Positions 10,701 to 20,533 of a stretch of 64,000 bases of DNA are shown in pieces. Each line of letters begins with the position of its first letter. Position 1 is the stretch's first letter. The stretch is from an uncultured Pseudomonadales bacterium. Lineage in GTDB: Bacteria > Patescibacteriota > Microgenomatia > UBA1400 > PJMF01. The notes beneath the pieces are model-generated. The model searched no databases. It was not told the DNA's origin and saw only the letters and a program-made list of their open reading frames with translations. Location of the stretch: contig CAZSJW010000006.1 in assembly GCA_964607285.1 (NCBI GenBank), positions 799 through 64,798 of the forward strand, written 5' to 3'. The translations under genes and the position numbers were made by a program.

Positions 10701-11678
10701 GTATCTATTGATATTTACGTTATGTTCATCTAGTGTCTTGGCAAAGTACATATCGCCAGACGGAGCATGGAGATAGAATACATCATCTACTTGGAGCGGG
10801 TCAAGTGCTGCCTTGATTGCATTAAGACTTGGATTCGAAATTGGTCTAGGAGGCAAGCCTGGGTACAAATACGTATTGAAAGGTGACTGTGTGGCTTTAT
10901 CCGCTGCCGTTGGCGGCACCCACCAGGCAGTAGCACCTGCTTTTTTTCCAATTGAGTACTGCAAAGTCGCGTCGACTTGCAGAGCCATTCCAAGCTCAAT
11001 TCTGTGCCAGAGAATGCCCGCTACATGACGCATTTGCTCAAAATCTCTAGCCTCTCTCTCAACTAGTGAAGCCATGATGAGTACTTGGTCAAACGGTCGT
11101 TCACTTGTGGAAATCTCCTCTTGTAATTCATCTAGTACTTTTGCATCAAAAGTGTTAGTTAGTAGAGTATATATTTGTTGTGCAGTAGACTCTCTTGGTA
11201 TCAAGTATGTGTCTGGAAAAAGCTGGCCCTCTGTGTCGTTTTGCTCTACTAAATGTAAAAATTGTTCGGAGTCGTAACTCCCCAGTTCCTGCGCATCTAA
11301 GTACTCCGCAATTTCCTCCGCTCTCCAACCTTCTAGGATGGTAATCCATAAGTCTTCAGTACCTTGCGTTAAGGTCAATGCAATCTCTTCTATTGTCATA
11401 CTTGGTGAAATGTCGAATGAACCAGCCTGAATTTTGCCTGATAATCCCTTTTGCGTAACCACAACCCTAAAAACTACACCATGTTTGATAAGTCCTGCTT
11501 CCTCTAGTCTCTTACCAATTGTAGTTATGCTCTGACCTTTTGGAATTACGAATTGTGTTGCTGTCTGATTGTTTTGATCCATTGGTTGCAGCAAATACCA
11601 TGCGTATGCACCCACCGTAGCAATACCAAGAATGATAGCTGCGCCAAGTAGTGCTATAAAACTTTTCTTTGAAAACAT
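10692..11678 (-). CDS. mltG: Endolytic murein transglycosylase MltG (YceG family)
   Basis: N-terminal TM helix followed by the YceG-like domain, including the catalytic-Glu region …MASLVEREARDFEQMRHVAGILWHR…. It sits between ruvX and the rpoB region. Confidence 0.85.
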   Translation of the reverse strand: MFSKKSFIALLGAAIILGIATVGAYAWYLLQPMDQNNQTATQFVIPKGQSITTIGKRLEEAGLIKHGVVFRVVVTQKGLSGKIQAGSFDISPSMTIEEIALTLTQGTEDLWITILEGWRAEEIAEYLDAQELGSYDSEQFLHLVEQNDTEGQLFPDTYLIPRESTAQQIYTLLTNTFDAKVLDELQEEISTSERPFDQVLIMASLVEREARDFEQMRHVAGILWHRIELGMALQVDATLQYSIGKKAGATAWWVPPTAADKATQSPFNTYLYPGLPPRPISNPSLNAIKAALDPLQVDDVFYLHAPSGDMYFAKTLDEHNVNINRYLR

Positions 11679-11735
11679 AGAAAAACCAGTATATCAGAAC
11701 TACCCCAGAAGTGGCATTTGCAATCTATCTCCCCA

Positions 11736-12143
11736 TTACTCACTTGCTGCACCATCTAGCCATTCCTGCAGAAAAACGGCTGCAGCCTTGTCATCTATAT
11801 GTAATCGTCTAAGTCCAGGATTGGTATGATCTAGCTGTCTTGCGGTTGCCTCATATGAGGAAAGAGTTTCATCAGCAAACAAAATGGGTAACTCTGTCTT
11901 TTCAGCTAGAACAGCGGCGAAGTTCTTAGAGTATTCAGCCATAGTTGCTTCTGATACTCCAATAAGTAATTGGGATACACTCTCCTGAGTACATATTTGT
12001 AGTATCTTCTCGAACTCGCTTCCATCAACGGGCAAAATTGCTAATGGTTCAGCCAAAGATCCATATGAAACAGCTATCCCAATTCTTACAGTTCCAACGT
12101 CTATGGCTAACGTTTTTGGCACACTGGTTGTATCTGGAATCAT
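11736..12143 (-). CDS. ruvX: Putative pre-16S rRNA nuclease / Holliday-junction resolvase-like YqgF (RuvX)
   Basis: …KTLAIDVGTVRIGIAVSYGSLAEP… is an RNase H-fold YqgF signature in a 135-aa protein. Its start overlaps the sortase stop (ATGA-type coupling). Confidence 0.8.
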   Translation of the reverse strand: MIPDTTSVPKTLAIDVGTVRIGIAVSYGSLAEPLAILPVDGSEFEKILQICTQESVSQLLIGVSEATMAEYSKNFAAVLAEKTELPILFADETLSSYEATARQLDHTNPGLRRLHIDDKAAAVFLQEWLDGAASE

Positions 12144-13132
12144 TCTGGTGCCTCCTCAGTAGGGATCAGGCTCGCTGTGATAACACCTCTGCGCAGATAC
12201 GTTCCCTCTGGCGTACAAGTGACTAACTTCAGCTGTCTTGAATCATAGTGTTGAGTCAAGATATAGACATCTTCTGGTTTAACTTCTTTTTTCTCTTGCA
12301 CCATGTACGTGTATCGAACACCTTGGTGGGTCACATAGAGAATGTCTCCCTGTTTTAGAGTCATGATTGTACTAAAAATGGAGTTGTACCGACGGGTATT
12401 CTTTTCACTAGGATTGTAAAACTGCCGTAATACCGAATGCCCAAATATCACAGGGGAACCAGGATCACCGGGATATGCTGTTCCAGGATAGGCTATCAAG
12501 CTTTCATCCAGATCAGTACCCCCAATTGTAACAACCGCATTACTTATATTGAGTTTTGGTATATCCAAAATGTATGTCAACTCTTTATCTTCTACTGATG
12601 CAGTTGCATCAGCCAACTCAGGAAGTGAGCTACTAAACCAATTTGATAAATTTGTATAATCAAGATCCTCGTCAATGATCTCGGGCCCACGGTACTGGGT
12701 TGTTTGCGCTTTCTCTTGCGCATGTGCTTGAGGCACCTGAGTGATAACTAAGGGCGTAACATCCATAACTTGCTCTTGGGGAATAGGAGCTGCTAGCTCT
12801 GAGTGTGCCAACCAAGTCTTGTTAGAAAAAAATCCGAGCAAAATTGGAAAAACAGCACTACCAACTAGGTACACTCCTACGCCCAAAAATGCTACGGGAA
12901 TGATAAGTGCACCGACTCTAACAACTAGGGGGACTTTTCTCTTTGCTTTTTTTATTCGCTCTTTAGTGTGTTTTTGCTCAAAACTTCGACTTGTAGATAC
13001 ACGCGCAAGTTGTTGACTGACTTTTTGATTGATGGTATCCAGTGGCACACCAGATGCAAGAGCCCTTCGATACAAGTCAACAAGTTGTGACTGTGTATCA
13101 GTTTGTGCTGACTGGTTGGGTGCTGTTGCCAT
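12140..13132 (-). CDS. Sortase-family transpeptidase (membrane-anchored)
   Basis: TM helix near residues 70-100. The catalytic His is in …VIFGHSVLRQFY…, the TLxTC-type Cys in …KLVTCTPEG…, and an Arg follows shortly after (…YLRRGV…). Confidence 0.7.
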   Translation of the reverse strand: MATAPNQSAQTDTQSQLVDLYRRALASGVPLDTINQKVSQQLARVSTSRSFEQKHTKERIKKAKRKVPLVVRVGALIIPVAFLGVGVYLVGSAVFPILLGFFSNKTWLAHSELAAPIPQEQVMDVTPLVITQVPQAHAQEKAQTTQYRGPEIIDEDLDYTNLSNWFSSSLPELADATASVEDKELTYILDIPKLNISNAVVTIGGTDLDESLIAYPGTAYPGDPGSPVIFGHSVLRQFYNPSEKNTRRYNSIFSTIMTLKQGDILYVTHQGVRYTYMVQEKKEVKPEDVYILTQHYDSRQLKLVTCTPEGTYLRRGVITASLIPTEEAPE

Positions 13133-13158
13133 GGAAGTTCTTAGGTTTATACCGCACT

Positions 13159-15363
13159 TTAGTCTTGTGTAATGGTCAGCTTAACTCGATCTGCATCATT
13201 AGGTATGCTGCGAATCAGAGGTGAGAACAGGGCTGGTTCGATGGTAATACTACTTGTACTGATTCGCTTGTCATTCTGCAAAACCTTCTGAGCTTCTGCA
13301 ATTGGCTTACGTATAAGACTCTCAATAAGTGCCTGCTGATCAAAGATCGGCTCAGCGTGTGAAGTAACTTGTGCAGCAATCTTGAGTAATGAAGCTGATG
13401 TACTAGCAGTACTTTCTGAACTTTCTGGTGTGGATAGTATTTGTGGATCGGCATCTGAGAGTTTGTACCCATCTGCTAATTTAGTACTGAGGACTTCTTG
13501 TGCTATCGGACGCAAATCTGCTGCAGTGTAAGATAGTGTTTGTATTTCTACACTCAAAGTCAGTGACAGTCGTTCAGCTTCTGTTTTAGTCTCAGCGTCA
13601 AACTTGGTTGCAGTTACTGTATACCCTGTTGGTGGTATTAGATACACCCCTTCAGGTGTTTCACTAGTCAGCTCTTCAGTAGCTTGTTTGATAAGCTGGA
13701 CTGTCAGATCATCCAGTAATGTTTTTTTGTCCGTATCAGCCACTACTCTCACTTCCCTACTTGCGCCACCCGTAAAAGCTTCCTTAGCTTCTGCCTCGTA
13801 CGTAGACGTTGCAAAATCTCCAATAGTAAACTTTGCAGCTTTGGCAAGATTGCCATCAGCACCAATAGTCTTTGCAGTAACGGTTGCGGCGGTTTCACTG
13901 TGCTTTATAACTGTCTCTCCGCTGGACTCTTTTGAACTAGCTGATGCTAGTGAGACATCTTGATCCAAAGTAAACTCTAAGGAGCCCGATTTAAACGCTG
14001 TGCCTGCGGGCAAACTCTTTTCTGCGGTAACCTTATTGAAGATAGTGACTGTCCCTTTTGCTTTTTCACCTACGATTTCAACACCACTGGTTAGTATGTC
14101 ATCAGTTCCAGTGACGGTTTTTTTGACTGACGTAGCCGCCAGCGCGCGTTTTGCAGGATCTGTCTCTGATAGTGCAGGATCTAGTGTAATTTCCACTTCT
14201 TCTGAAACGAGTTCTAACGCTGGTGAAACTGTTATCACTGCAGAGGAAAAAAATAAGGCAGCAATGACGTATGCAAAAAGTAAGGTGACTATACCTCCCA
14301 GTACACCAAGAATAATACCGTGCTTGTGAGTGAATTTTCGCTTCTTTGGATGCGGCATCGAGTCCAGTTCCGCCAATAACTCTTGAGCTTTCTTACTTTC
14401 AGGTTTTGTGAGCAATTTATCCGAACTTATTGGAATACCAAAAGAAGTAGCCACAGGTTCGCCAGTCTGTTTTCCATCACCTGAGTCGCTAGAAATATCA
14501 TTTTGCTGAGTTTCAACAGCAATTTCCGTAAAGCCTTCAGAAGCGGCAAGTATATCCGTAGTAGGAAGCGGGGCAGGGACTGAAGCGACCGTTGCTGTCA
14601 CAGTAGGTAAGTCAGTTGCTCTGCCCGCACCAACCCCGACAATGGCAGCATACTCTTCTTGAGTAATAGACCTAATCACAGGCATCTTTCCTAGTGCATC
14701 AACCTTGCTCCAATCTAACTGCAAACAATCTTGCTCAAAAGACTGCAACTGAGAATCTGACAAATCTAGTGAGGCGAACACAAGGTGATCAGGAAATCTT
14801 GAACCAGGATCGAGGTGTCCTGCCAATCTAGCAATTGCCTCAGCCATATCGGTAGCTATGCTACCCGATCTTCCCACTTGATCAACTCCAATAACCGACC
14901 CCTGAACGCTCAGTAACAAAAAAAGACTTGTGCTGCCAACCACACAAATTGTGCCACTGAAAGTAGGATGCTGTATTAGCTCTTGCTCCAACACTGCTTC
15001 TGTAGTGACAACAAAGCCTACAGCCTGCAAAGAAAGATCCGTAGCCATTTTGTGCAAAAGTGGCTCTTTAACAGATGCAATACTGTTACCTGCTACCCAG
15101 TCAGGATGTAAACCGAAAACCACTTCATTGACGGATTCAGATTCACTGCCCAACTCGCGCAAGCACTCATCTAGTCGCAGTACGCAAGAATCAGCAGAAG
15201 TGTAACTTCGTCGTGTTGACGCACTCTTTACTACGGCTCCAGCCTTATTTACAGCTAAGAGCAATGCTTGTACTTGCTCATCAGAAAGTAAAACACAGAG
15301 ACGGAGTTGTGTAGCATGTGCAAGTGGAAGACTCATATGTAGTTCAGCGGTGCATGACACCAA
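13159..15363 (-). CDS. Large bitopic membrane protein: N-terminal FtsA/PilM-like actin-fold domain, one TM helix, and an approximately 390-aa Thr/Ser/Glu-rich extracytoplasmic domain; function unknown
   Basis: 734 aa. …ICVVGSTSLFLLLSVQGSVIGVDQVGRSGSIATDMAEAIA… resembles the second actin-fold subdomain of FtsA/PilM. A hydrophobic helix (HGIILGVLGGIVTLLFAYVIAALFF) follows a KKRKFTHKH basic patch. The C-terminal half is low-complexity beta-rich sequence. Confidence 0.5.
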   Translation of the reverse strand: MVSCTAELHMSLPLAHATQLRLCVLLSDEQVQALLLAVNKAGAVVKSASTRRSYTSADSCVLRLDECLRELGSESESVNEVVFGLHPDWVAGNSIASVKEPLLHKMATDLSLQAVGFVVTTEAVLEQELIQHPTFSGTICVVGSTSLFLLLSVQGSVIGVDQVGRSGSIATDMAEAIARLAGHLDPGSRFPDHLVFASLDLSDSQLQSFEQDCLQLDWSKVDALGKMPVIRSITQEEYAAIVGVGAGRATDLPTVTATVASVPAPLPTTDILAASEGFTEIAVETQQNDISSDSGDGKQTGEPVATSFGIPISSDKLLTKPESKKAQELLAELDSMPHPKKRKFTHKHGIILGVLGGIVTLLFAYVIAALFFSSAVITVSPALELVSEEVEITLDPALSETDPAKRALAATSVKKTVTGTDDILTSGVEIVGEKAKGTVTIFNKVTAEKSLPAGTAFKSGSLEFTLDQDVSLASASSKESSGETVIKHSETAATVTAKTIGADGNLAKAAKFTIGDFATSTYEAEAKEAFTGGASREVRVVADTDKKTLLDDLTVQLIKQATEELTSETPEGVYLIPPTGYTVTATKFDAETKTEAERLSLTLSVEIQTLSYTAADLRPIAQEVLSTKLADGYKLSDADPQILSTPESSESTASTSASLLKIAAQVTSHAEPIFDQQALIESLIRKPIAEAQKVLQNDKRISTSSITIEPALFSPLIRSIPNDADRVKLTITQD

Positions 15364-15458
15364 AGCGCAAAATAGCTAGTTAGCCATAACACTTACTCAT
15401 TAAAGCATACAAAGACCATAAGACTCAAGTGGAACTAGTACATCCCCCTCGACAAAGC

Positions 15459-17321
15459 CTATGAAAGGTACAGCCTCCGAACACCTGCTGAAACTGCTTG
15501 CTCTTTAGTGATAGTTATGGAGCCAATCTCACCCGTGTGTGCTACGTGTGGTCCACCACAAAGCTCCTTGGATACCCAGTTTGTCTCTGGGTCAATTCCA
15601 ATGGTGTACACGGTCACCATTTCAGGATATTTTTCTGCAAAGAAAGCAACTGCTCCAGATTGCAAAGCCGCTTGCTTAGCTTGTGTTGCACTTGTCACTG
15701 GTAGATCAGCTGCAATCCAAGCATTGATTTGCTCTTGAACTGCCTGCAACTCTTCTTTTGTCATGGCTTTCGGGTGGGAAAAGTCAAACCTAAGACGATC
15801 TGCCGTGATATTTGAGCCCTTTTGTTGCACATGGGTACCTAAAATTTTGCGAAGTGCGGCATGCAATAAGTGCGTGGCAGTATGGTATCGAGTTGTTTGC
15901 ACACTGCTATCTTGTAATCCCCCCTTAAACTTACCTGCGGAAGCGGTTCGTGAGTCTGTGGAATGTTGTTTTCGTGCTGACTGAAAATCAGCTTCTAGAA
16001 TAGTTTGCCCTCTTTCTGTAGCAATCTCTTGAGTCAACTCAAATGGAAAACCGTGTGTTTCGTACAGCTGAAAAGCTATTTCGCCAGTGAGTTCTTTTGT
16101 TTTTTCAATGACCTTGAGTCCTTTGGCAATCGTTTTTTCAAACTTACCCTCCTCGGTTCGCAATACTTCCTGAATGACAGTCAAACTGTCAACTACATTT
16201 GGATACGCATCACAATACCCTTCAGCCACCACTTGGGCTAGATCTGCCATAAATGGCTTATCCATGCCTATCATCTTTCCATACCGAATTGCTCGTCTCA
16301 CCAACCTGCGCAAAAAGTAACCCTGCTCTTTGTTTGCGGGTATAACACCATCAGCACACAACATGACAGCTGCTCTCACATGATCCGCTATCACCCGAAA
16401 AGAACGAGTTGTCACCTCATCATATGTATAGCTTTTGCCTGAAAGTTCTGCAATCTGCGCAATAAGTGGCTGGAACAACTCAGTAGCAAAGATATCTTGT
16501 GTCCCTGCCATAACTGCAACAATTCTTTCAAAACCGCCACCAAAATCTACATTTTTCTGCGCAAGTTCCTGAAAACTTCCGTCTGCCTGCTTTTGATACT
16601 GCATAAACACAGAGTTTCCAATCTCTAGAAAACGTCCACAGTCACAGTTCACGTGGCAGGGCACATTCTTAAAAGCTGATCTCTCATGCAGTTGTAGCTC
16701 AATACCGTAATCAAAAAACACCTCGCTATCGGGTCCACCAGGTTCACCTACAGGCATAACATCTGGAACTCCCGCGCGTGACCACCAATTTTTTTTCTCA
16801 TTATAATAAAATATTCTTCCACCCTGCATACCTGCATGCTCTGCGTTCTCTACTGCTTCAGCCGCAACACCAACGCTAGCAAACAAGTCTTGCCAGATCT
16901 GCACAGATTCTTCATCGCGACCAATGCCTAATGAGTCATTTCCACTAAACACAGTGACATACAGTCTCTCAGCGGGTATATGAAGAGAGTTAGTCAGGAA
17001 CTCAAAAAACCAGCTGAGCTGCTCATGTTTAAAGTAATCACCCAATGACCAATTACCTAACATCTCAAAAAAAGTGATATGTCTGTTGTCACCAACTTCT
17101 TCAATATCCTGTGATCTAAAACATTTTTGACTGTCTACAATTCGCTTGCCTAAGGGATGTGGTTGGCCAAGCAGATACTCGATCATTGGCTGCATGCCTG
17201 AACCAGTAAAAAGTGTTGTAGGATCATTCTCTGGCACAAGACTAGCAGATGGAACAACAGTGTGCTTTTTTTTCTTAAAAAAGTCAAGGTAGGCAGTACG
17301 AATATGATTTGGTGATAGCAT
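15459..17321 (-). CDS. alaS: Alanine--tRNA ligase, short form lacking the C-terminal C-Ala domain
   Basis: MLSPNHIRTAYLDFFKKKKHTVVPSASLVP…, a class-II catalytic core, and editing-domain Zn motifs HTATHLLHAAL and CGGPHV; the protein ends about 60 aa after the editing domain. The ORF-track start at 17387 has a non-canonical N-terminus, so the internal ATG is preferred. Confidence 0.9.
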   Translation of the reverse strand: MLSPNHIRTAYLDFFKKKKHTVVPSASLVPENDPTTLFTGSGMQPMIEYLLGQPHPLGKRIVDSQKCFRSQDIEEVGDNRHITFFEMLGNWSLGDYFKHEQLSWFFEFLTNSLHIPAERLYVTVFSGNDSLGIGRDEESVQIWQDLFASVGVAAEAVENAEHAGMQGGRIFYYNEKKNWWSRAGVPDVMPVGEPGGPDSEVFFDYGIELQLHERSAFKNVPCHVNCDCGRFLEIGNSVFMQYQKQADGSFQELAQKNVDFGGGFERIVAVMAGTQDIFATELFQPLIAQIAELSGKSYTYDEVTTRSFRVIADHVRAAVMLCADGVIPANKEQGYFLRRLVRRAIRYGKMIGMDKPFMADLAQVVAEGYCDAYPNVVDSLTVIQEVLRTEEGKFEKTIAKGLKVIEKTKELTGEIAFQLYETHGFPFELTQEIATERGQTILEADFQSARKQHSTDSRTASAGKFKGGLQDSSVQTTRYHTATHLLHAALRKILGTHVQQKGSNITADRLRFDFSHPKAMTKEELQAVQEQINAWIAADLPVTSATQAKQAALQSGAVAFFAEKYPEMVTVYTIGIDPETNWVSKELCGGPHVAHTGEIGSITITKEQAVSAGVRRLYLS

Positions 17322-17381
17322 GAGACGAATTGTAACAGGCTGATTTGCATTTGCACAGTGATCTGCTGTAGTATATTTACT

Positions 17382-17876
17382 ATGCAAGAATTAGCACCTG
17401 AGGTATCATCTTTGAATCAAACAAACCAAAGTAGCACTGTGTCTTTCAAAAAGGTATTTGGCTTATTGCTGTTACTCTGCTCCATTAGCGCGAGCGGTTA
17501 TTTTTTTTGGCAACAAAGAGCCTTACAACAAACAAAGCCGCCAACAGTTGTCCAACTACCTGATGGTGAGAACATTGAAGCAATTGGTACAACAAATGAG
17601 TTTACTGAAACAAATGATGCGATTACACTACCAGTAGGAACTTGTACGCCTCAAGAGCAAGTGCAGCTCTCAAATACAAGTGTTCTTGTATTCAAAGGAT
17701 TAACAACACTAAAAGCCGAACCATTTTGTCAAATGGAATTGACAGCTTCGGGCAAGTATGGCCCTGCTACATATGACTGCGCATATAAACTAAAAGATAG
17801 AACTGAAATTTACTTACAACTCGATGATTCAGGTGCCAATATTGACTTTATCAGACAACACTGCACGGCTCACTAA
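17382..17876 (+). CDS. Hypothetical exported/membrane-anchored protein with four Cys
   Basis: MQELAPEVSSLNQ…, then the hydrophobic helix FGLLLLLCSISASGYFFW, then a Cys-containing C-terminal domain. It is divergent from alaS. Confidence 0.45.
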   Translation: MQELAPEVSSLNQTNQSSTVSFKKVFGLLLLLCSISASGYFFWQQRALQQTKPPTVVQLPDGENIEAIGTTNEFTETNDAITLPVGTCTPQEQVQLSNTSVLVFKGLTTLKAEPFCQMELTASGKYGPATYDCAYKLKDRTEIYLQLDDSGANIDFIRQHCTAH

Positions 17877-17888
17877 CTGCTAGCTAAC

Positions 17889-18230
17889 CTACTTCACGCC
17901 TCGGAATCGACTAGACCGTGTGCGCTTCTTCTTTGCCACTTTTTTTTCTTGCTCAACTTCATGTGAATCAAGAACATCAAATGATGACAATGCATTCTCA
18001 ATCAAGTGTTTTGCTTGACTAAAGACACTCTGTGCTTTTTGTGTTGCTGAGTGTTCTTCTATGTTAGTTTGAGCTAGGTGTTCCTGAGCAGACAGCCACT
18101 CATCTTGCAAACGCTTTCGTAGTGTAGTGCCTCGTTTAGTCCCAAAAGCGAAATATCCTGCAGCACCAGCAAAAATTCCCAGCATAAAGCCAGTTGCAAA
18201 GGAGCCAGATTCCTTACTGTTTTGATTCAT
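17889..18230 (-). CDS. YtxH-like small membrane protein
   Basis: N-terminal glycine-zipper TM (GFMLGIFAGAAGYFAF) followed by a charged helical tail; the architecture is typical of YtxH/DUF3618-like proteins of Gram-positives. Confidence 0.55.
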   Translation of the reverse strand: MNQNSKESGSFATGFMLGIFAGAAGYFAFGTKRGTTLRKRLQDEWLSAQEHLAQTNIEEHSATQKAQSVFSQAKHLIENALSSFDVLDSHEVEQEKKVAKKKRTRSSRFRGVK

Positions 18231-18489
18231 TGCTGTTTCTATTCAACCACGATACAAATAACTCAAAAATTTTCATGCCACTCCTGAGGCCACTTACAGC
18301 ACCTCCAAGTGCCATCAAAGGCTGTGTGATTGAGCTAAATTTTGCTTCTACAGTTTCTAATGTTTGATTAAACCGCTTCAGTGTACGCCGTACTTCGATA
18401 AGTACTGTCACTAGCTGAACTCCAACTACCGTCAGCACCATTGCAAGCACAACAAGCACAACTGAAAAAATGATCTGCATAACATCCAT
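18214..18489 (-). CDS. DUF948-like small membrane protein
   Basis: Two short hydrophobic helices flanking an amphipathic segment. It overlaps the next gene by 17 nt, a pairing common with YtxH-like genes. Confidence 0.5.
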   Translation of the reverse strand: MDVMQIIFSVVLVVLAMVLTVVGVQLVTVLIEVRRTLKRFNQTLETVEAKFSSITQPLMALGGAVSGLRSGMKIFELFVSWLNRNSNESKQ

Positions 18490-18559
18490 AACTACCTTTC
18501 AAGTATCATCTAAGTAGCATAATACCATATACGCTTATTATTGATCTAGTCGCTTACCC

Positions 18560-19210
18560 CTAGAACTCAACAATCACCATACGCTGTATTGTCTGAGATT
18601 TGCCCCGCCTATCAGTCGTTTGTACAGTCACAGCGGCTGGTCCTTCTCCAGAAAAACTTACTTCGGTACGAAATGAACCATCTGGCTGCAATGCTACCGC
18701 TATCCCATTAACCGTTACTACAGCCTCAGGAACAGTCTCACCAAACACCTCGGTCTGTGGGGCAACACGCGCTTGCTCGGCAGGTGTTAGCACTTCCAAA
18801 AAAGGTGGTTTTTGCAATGAATACCATTGGTAGACCACATATGAAACAAGTGTTAGGAACACAACAGACAGAGTCAACACTGCACCTGTGACCGAATTGA
18901 CTACTTTTTTTCGAGTAATTACGGGTTTCAGAAACTCACGTGGTATTAAGATACCTCTTGCGCTTTCTTTAAAATCTCTCCGCAGCAATGCAATAAGTGG
19001 CTGTGGATCAAAACCAAAGACGCGAGCATAGCTGCGAATGAATCCTTTCACAAAGGTAGCAGCAGGCAACACTGTAAAGTTATTGTCCTCAAGTGCCTGC
19101 AAATATTCCACTCGTATACGCGTTTTTTTCGCTAAATCACGCAGTGGTAAACGATGTGACTCTCTCTCGTCACGAAGTAACTCACCAATTGTTTTGGTAA
19201 TATGTGCCAT
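18560..19210 (-). CDS. rodZ: RodZ-like cytoskeleton protein (N-terminal XRE-type HTH, one TM, C-terminal beta domain)
   Basis: MAHITKTIGELLRDERESHRLPLRDLAKKTRIRVEYLQALEDNNF… is a Cro/C1-type HTH as in RodZ. A TM helix lies near residue 115, followed by a DUF4115-like C-terminal domain. Confidence 0.65.
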   Translation of the reverse strand: MAHITKTIGELLRDERESHRLPLRDLAKKTRIRVEYLQALEDNNFTVLPAATFVKGFIRSYARVFGFDPQPLIALLRRDFKESARGILIPREFLKPVITRKKVVNSVTGAVLTLSVVFLTLVSYVVYQWYSLQKPPFLEVLTPAEQARVAPQTEVFGETVPEAVVTVNGIAVALQPDGSFRTEVSFSGEGPAAVTVQTTDRRGKSQTIQRMVIVEF

Positions 19211-19224
19211 TGTGCTGAATTAAC

Positions 19225-19647
19225 TTAACTGGCTAATTGTTTTTTTACTTCTGCTGAAACACGGCCACCATCCGCCTTACCTGCAACTTTTGCTATTGCT
19301 GACTTCATGATAGAACCGAGATTTTTATCTGCAGAATCTGTAATTGCTGAACTTACTATAGCTGAGAGTTCCTCATCAGGCATTTGGTCGGGTAAGTAAC
19401 TTTCTAAAATGTGTAATTTGGCTTGTTCGGACTCAACCAGATCATTTCGGCCTGCTTTTTGGAACTCACCAATGCCATCTTTAATTTGCTTGACTTGTCT
19501 CTGTATTACCGCTTGCGCATCTGCATCTGTAGCAGTGCCGTTATCAATCTCCCAGTTCCTAATTTCAGATATGAGGTAGCGCACGACTCCCAAACGAACG
19601 GAGTCTTTCGCTCGCATCGCTTCCTTCATGTGTTGTTGTAAATCCAT
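19225..19647 (-). CDS. GatB/YqeY domain protein
   Basis: MDLQQHMKEAMRAKDSVRLGVVRYLISEI…KLHILESYLP is the YqeY signature. The ORF-track start at 19659 is 4 codons further upstream. Confidence 0.75.
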   Translation of the reverse strand: MDLQQHMKEAMRAKDSVRLGVVRYLISEIRNWEIDNGTATDADAQAVIQRQVKQIKDGIGEFQKAGRNDLVESEQAKLHILESYLPDQMPDEELSAIVSSAITDSADKNLGSIMKSAIAKVAGKADGGRVSAEVKKQLAS

Positions 19648-19705
19648 TTTTAAGGGCATGGTAACTTTCTAACATCTGTGGCAAAACCTCAACTGCGTTT
19701 GTTAG

Positions 19706-20533
19706 ATGTTGCAATTGATTGTATCATTGCTTACCTCTATGTCACATACCCAAGCAGACCCCAACAAAAGCACTACTGCCATCAAGTCTGAAAGAGTATG
19801 GTCTCCATACGAACTCACCCAGCTGAGTCGCCATAAGGTAAGTACTGGACTTATCATTGATACTGAGTCACCTGTAGAGTATCTCACTGGTCATGTAGAT
19901 TTTGCAGGGTTGGATTTTTTGGTAAGCAAAGAAACGCTTATACCTAGAGTCGAAACAGAAGAGCTAGTAGGACTAGCATGGAACATACTCGAAGAGCAAA
20001 TAAGTGTAGGCATTACACCATGTGTTCTTGATGTAGGAACAGGGTGTGGGGCAATCGCTATATCCCTAGCCTACCGAGCTGCACAAGCTGGAAAAACCGT
20101 TCAAATTCTTGCTACTGATATTTCGAGTACTGCACTAAAGGTTGCTGAAAAAAATACCCACCGACTTACCCCAAAAGCTAACATTCAGTTCCTACAAAGT
20201 GACTTGCTTGCAGCTGTGCCAAAGCAGCAGCAATTCACTCTAATCACAGCAAACCTTCCCTACATCCCCACCGAAAGAATTGCTTACTTGGAATCTTCTG
20301 TCAAAGACTTTGAACCACAAGTTGCACTTGATGGTGGCTCAGATGGACTGTACCTTATTAAACTATTGCTTAGCTCTGCAGCTGACCTGCTGCAACAAAA
20401 TAGCAAGGTTGTACTGGAAGTTGACTACACACACACGGTTGAAAATTTTTTAGAGTTTCGTCCTAATTGGACCATCACAAGCAGTTTCGATACCTACAAC
20501 CGAAACAGATTTATTATTGCAACTAAGAAATAG
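19706..20533 (+). CDS. prmC: Release-factor glutamine N5-methyltransferase PrmC/HemK family
   Basis: SAM motif I (VLDVGTGCGAIAISLA) and the substrate motif ANLPYIP (an NPPY variant) in a protein of about 275 aa. Confidence 0.75.
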   Translation: MLQLIVSLLTSMSHTQADPNKSTTAIKSERVWSPYELTQLSRHKVSTGLIIDTESPVEYLTGHVDFAGLDFLVSKETLIPRVETEELVGLAWNILEEQISVGITPCVLDVGTGCGAIAISLAYRAAQAGKTVQILATDISSTALKVAEKNTHRLTPKANIQFLQSDLLAAVPKQQQFTLITANLPYIPTERIAYLESSVKDFEPQVALDGGSDGLYLIKLLLSSAADLLQQNSKVVLEVDYTHTVENFLEFRPNWTITSSFDTYNRNRFIIATKK

